Shown one piece after another: positions 60,938 to 64,000 of a DNA stretch of 64,000 nucleotides. Source of the stretch: the human T2T-CHM13v2.0 reference genome, Homo sapiens; assembly GCF_009914755.1 (NCBI RefSeq), contig NC_060930.1, one strand, 5' to 3'. A program made the position numbers and the translations under genes. Position 1 is the stretch's first letter; each line of letters starts with the position of its first letter. The notes beneath the pieces were generated by a model that did no database searches, was not told the DNA's origin, and worked only from the letters and a program-made list of their open reading frames with translations.

Positions 60938-61103
60938 TTAACTTTATGTAATAGTATTTGGGTTGAGGATTGGTGTGTTCCGGTTGTAAAAAAAAGATAG
61001 TTGTATTATGTTAGTGTAATTATGACCTTATTATTGTCTTTGTTTGAAGATTACTTATGATCTCAGGAGATGTGTATGGGTTCAAGTTGACAAGAGGTGG
61101 ACT

Positions 61104-61611
61104 TGTGATGGTTAACATTGAATATCAACTTGATTGGATTGAAGGATGCAAAGTATTGATCCTGGGTATGTCTGTGAGGATGTTGCCAAAGGAGATTAAC
61201 ATTTGGGTCAGTGGGCTGAGAAAGGCAGACCCACCCTTAATCTGGATGGGCACCAGTTAATCAGCTGCCAGTGAATATAAAGCAGGCAGAAAAATGTGAA
61301 ACCACTAGACTGGCCTAGCCTCCCAGTCTACATCTTTCTCCTGTGCTAGATGCTTCCTGCCTTCAGACATCAGACTCCAAGTTCTTCACTTTTGGGACTC
61401 AGACTGGCTGTCCTTGCTCCTCAGCTTGCAGATGGCCTATTGTGGGACCTTGTGATCCTGTGAGTTAATACTAATAAACTCCTATATATGTAAAATATAA
61501 TATCATATTATATATATAAAATATAATATCATATATATATATAAAATATAATATCATATATATATATATATCCTATTAGTTCTGTTCCTCTAGAGAACCC
61601 TAATGAATACA
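61104..61611 (+). repeat. 3' LTR (MLT2A1) with expanded AT-rich repeat
   Basis: Preceded by PPT-like aagaggtggact; ends gaataca. Confidence 0.95.
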
Positions 61612-62473
61612 CATTTTATTTCCAGTTTTTACATGGCCCCCAACCATTTTCAGAGTTAATAGCTGTTCTTCCCACCTTCCAATCTGTAACTTAAGTTTCT
61701 TAGTCTTTAGTCGTAATCTGGTATTCCAGAATGTCCAGTACCCAGATAAACTTTACCTTTATTTTTTTTGCAATGCCTCTGCATTCTCCTACTGATGGAG
61801 ACATTTTAAATTATTTTCTGTTATTACCCTCATGTTTCTATACTTCGATGTCTTTGTATGCTGTTCAATTTATTAGAATGCCCTTTCTAACGTATTTGCC
61901 TCACAAACTTGTATTCATTTCTTATGATTCGATTCAAACATCACCTCCTGAAGAAACACTCAAAACTTTTATTACCCTTCTGACAGACATTGACTATGAC
62001 TTAATGTGCTGTATTTAAAAATTGGTTTATACGTCTGTCCTCCCATTCAGCTGTGAGTGTCATAAGGGTAAGGATTGCCTTATTTCTCTTTCTCTAATAC
62101 TTTGTGTGGCACATAGTTAGCACTTTATAACTACTCACTAAATACTCTGAAAATACAGCTTCAATCATTGTTACATATATGGAAGATCTTAATTGGTTCT
62201 TTTCCCTCTGATTTCCGTTGAGTTGAGAAATAGAAACAATGAAACAGTGTACACCATCTGTTTCATTGTTGGCAAACCCAGATAAGAGAAATTGGTTGAG
62301 CCTTCTTGAGTAGGCAGTGGAAGTATGAGATGAGACCCCCACCATGGCTAAGCATAGCTGGCCCAGGATGGTGAGAGAGAGACTATTAGTTTTTGAGGTA
62401 ACCCATGGACATGTGAACCAATCAGTTTGGCCATTGTTCCTCCTGAAGGGAAAAATGAGTTATGGGGGTAGAG

Positions 62474-62585
62474 TAGGACGACCAGCTCATCCCAGGTTTC
62501 CCAGAACTTTCCTTGTTTTAGCACTGAAGTGCCATGTCCTGCAAACTCCCATAGTCTTGGCAAACTGGGATAGGTGATAACCTTA
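62474..62585 (+). mobile_element. MER81-like hAT-Blackjack MITE
   Basis: taggacgacc..tcccaggtttccc..gttttagcactgaa..ggcaaactggga..accttA. Confidence 0.7.
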
Positions 62586-62934
62586 AAGTAGAAACAAGGA
62601 TGGAAGCCATCTTCTCATCACTTGTGAAAGAACAGAAGAATTGGTGGCAAATGACATTATTAGATTGAAGAAAAGTTCTCCCCAACTATTATGCTCCTTA
62701 GTGGTCCAACTATGAGTGGTTCTACCTTGTCCACTAAATTAATTATAAAATACTCACCTAGGCATTCTAGGACTTTCTCAATTTAGCCCCAGTCTGCCTT
62801 TTTTATTTATCACCTAGTATTCTACAAATGTCTATTGAGAACCTACCATTGGCCAGTTATATTTTATACCCATGGAACAACATAGTAAAAAAAATTATAA
62901 TATAAAAGGCTTTAAGCTTCCTAAGGGCAAGGTC

Positions 62935-63475
62935 TGTGGTGATACACAGTCCCTCACATGGCCCCAGTGATGACTCCTTCCATGTTATAATTCTCTCCCT
63001 TTTAATGTGGGCTAGACCTATTGACCGACTTCTACTGAACAGAATAGTGCAGATGTGATGGGATGGTGGGATGTCACTTCTGAGGTTAGGCTATAAAAAG
63101 ACAATGGCTTCTGTTTTGGGTGTTCTCTCTTGAAGTGTTCTCCCTGAGAACACTGGGAAGTCAGTTGTGTCCCAAGGCAGCCCTGTGGAGAAGCCTACAT
63201 GGTAAGGGACTAAAGTATGCCGATAACCGTGTGAGTGAAATAGGAAGCAGATCCTTTTCTAGCCCCCTTCCTGTGCAGTTGAGCTTTCAGATAAAATAGC
63301 AGCTCTGGCCTGCAGCATAACTTCCACTCATAGGGATTTGAGCCAGAGGCACCTGCTGAGTCATGACTCAATTCCAAACCAATTGAAACTATGGAATAAT
63401 ACAATTTTGTTGTTTTAAACCACTAGGTTTTGGGGTAGTTAGTTATGCAACAATGTATAATGAATAATGAATACA
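62935..63475 (+). mobile_element. MLT1E/F-like MaLR solo LTR
   Basis: tgtggtg start, gatgtcacttctgaggttagg, gttttaaaccactaggttttggggtag..aataca end. Confidence 0.8.
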
Positions 63476-64000
63476 TCTATACCTGTGCTTCTTTTGTTGG
63501 ATCCTTTTCACTGACGGTCTCCCTAATAAAGTGCTTGTATATAACAGATGCTCAATTTCACTAGAGAATGAATGAATGAATGACACGTCTCTCCTGAAAG
63601 AAATTCTGCTGATTTTTTTTGCAAAAAAAATTGTAAAACTTGTTTATATCAGGGACTCTATCTTTGAAACAGGTTTATTTTTCTGTATTGCCTATGATAA
63701 TGTTTTATGCATATAGGATCTTAAATATTCTTGATTGGATTTGATGTCTTACTATTTTTTAAATACATAAAATATGTGAAGCTACCACAGTGCTGAATTA
63801 GAATACAGAGTTGGAGCTCATCTGGATAAAACCCAAGCTTGTATGAATAAGTATAATGAAGACCAGTGAATTGATCTCAGGCCAACTCATAACCTCATAA
63901 TGTTTATTTCATTATTTCTTCTTTTTTGATGTTCATTACGTCAGTCACATCTTTTATCACTTGTTTAATTAGAAAATGGGCATGGGAATAGGCAGAAAAT

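Larger units (their letters stand above)
54586..61611 (+). mobile_element. HERV-L / ERVL provirus with MLT2A LTRs
   Basis: Two homologous LTRs (TG...CA), 5-bp TSD cactt / cattt, gag-pro-pol-dUTPase homology, no env. Confidence 0.96.

Overview
AT-rich primate (human-like) genomic DNA with no recognisable host protein-coding exon. It looks intergenic or intronic and is dominated by transposable-element fossils. Main elements: a near full-length HERV-L provirus (MLT2A-type LTRs, decayed gag-pro-pol-dUTPase, no env; 54586-61611) inserted into an L2, a full-length but inactivated L1PA4-like element on the minus strand (about 34150-40304), a 5'-inverted (twin-primed) L1PA7-like insertion (11337-13545), 11 Alus, several MaLR/ERVL solo LTRs, DNA-transposon MITEs and microsatellites. 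The most notable observations are two apparent L1 3' transductions (34059-34150 and 60423-60665), a retrocopy of the 3' end of 28S rRNA (15656-15776), and asymmetric retention of DUX4 and splice-donor motifs in the HERV-L 3' LTR. There are also candidate non-coding exons and motif clusters in repeat-free islands. I found no evidence of a new protein-based biological system. Family and subfamily calls rest on my recollection of consensus sequences, not on a database search.
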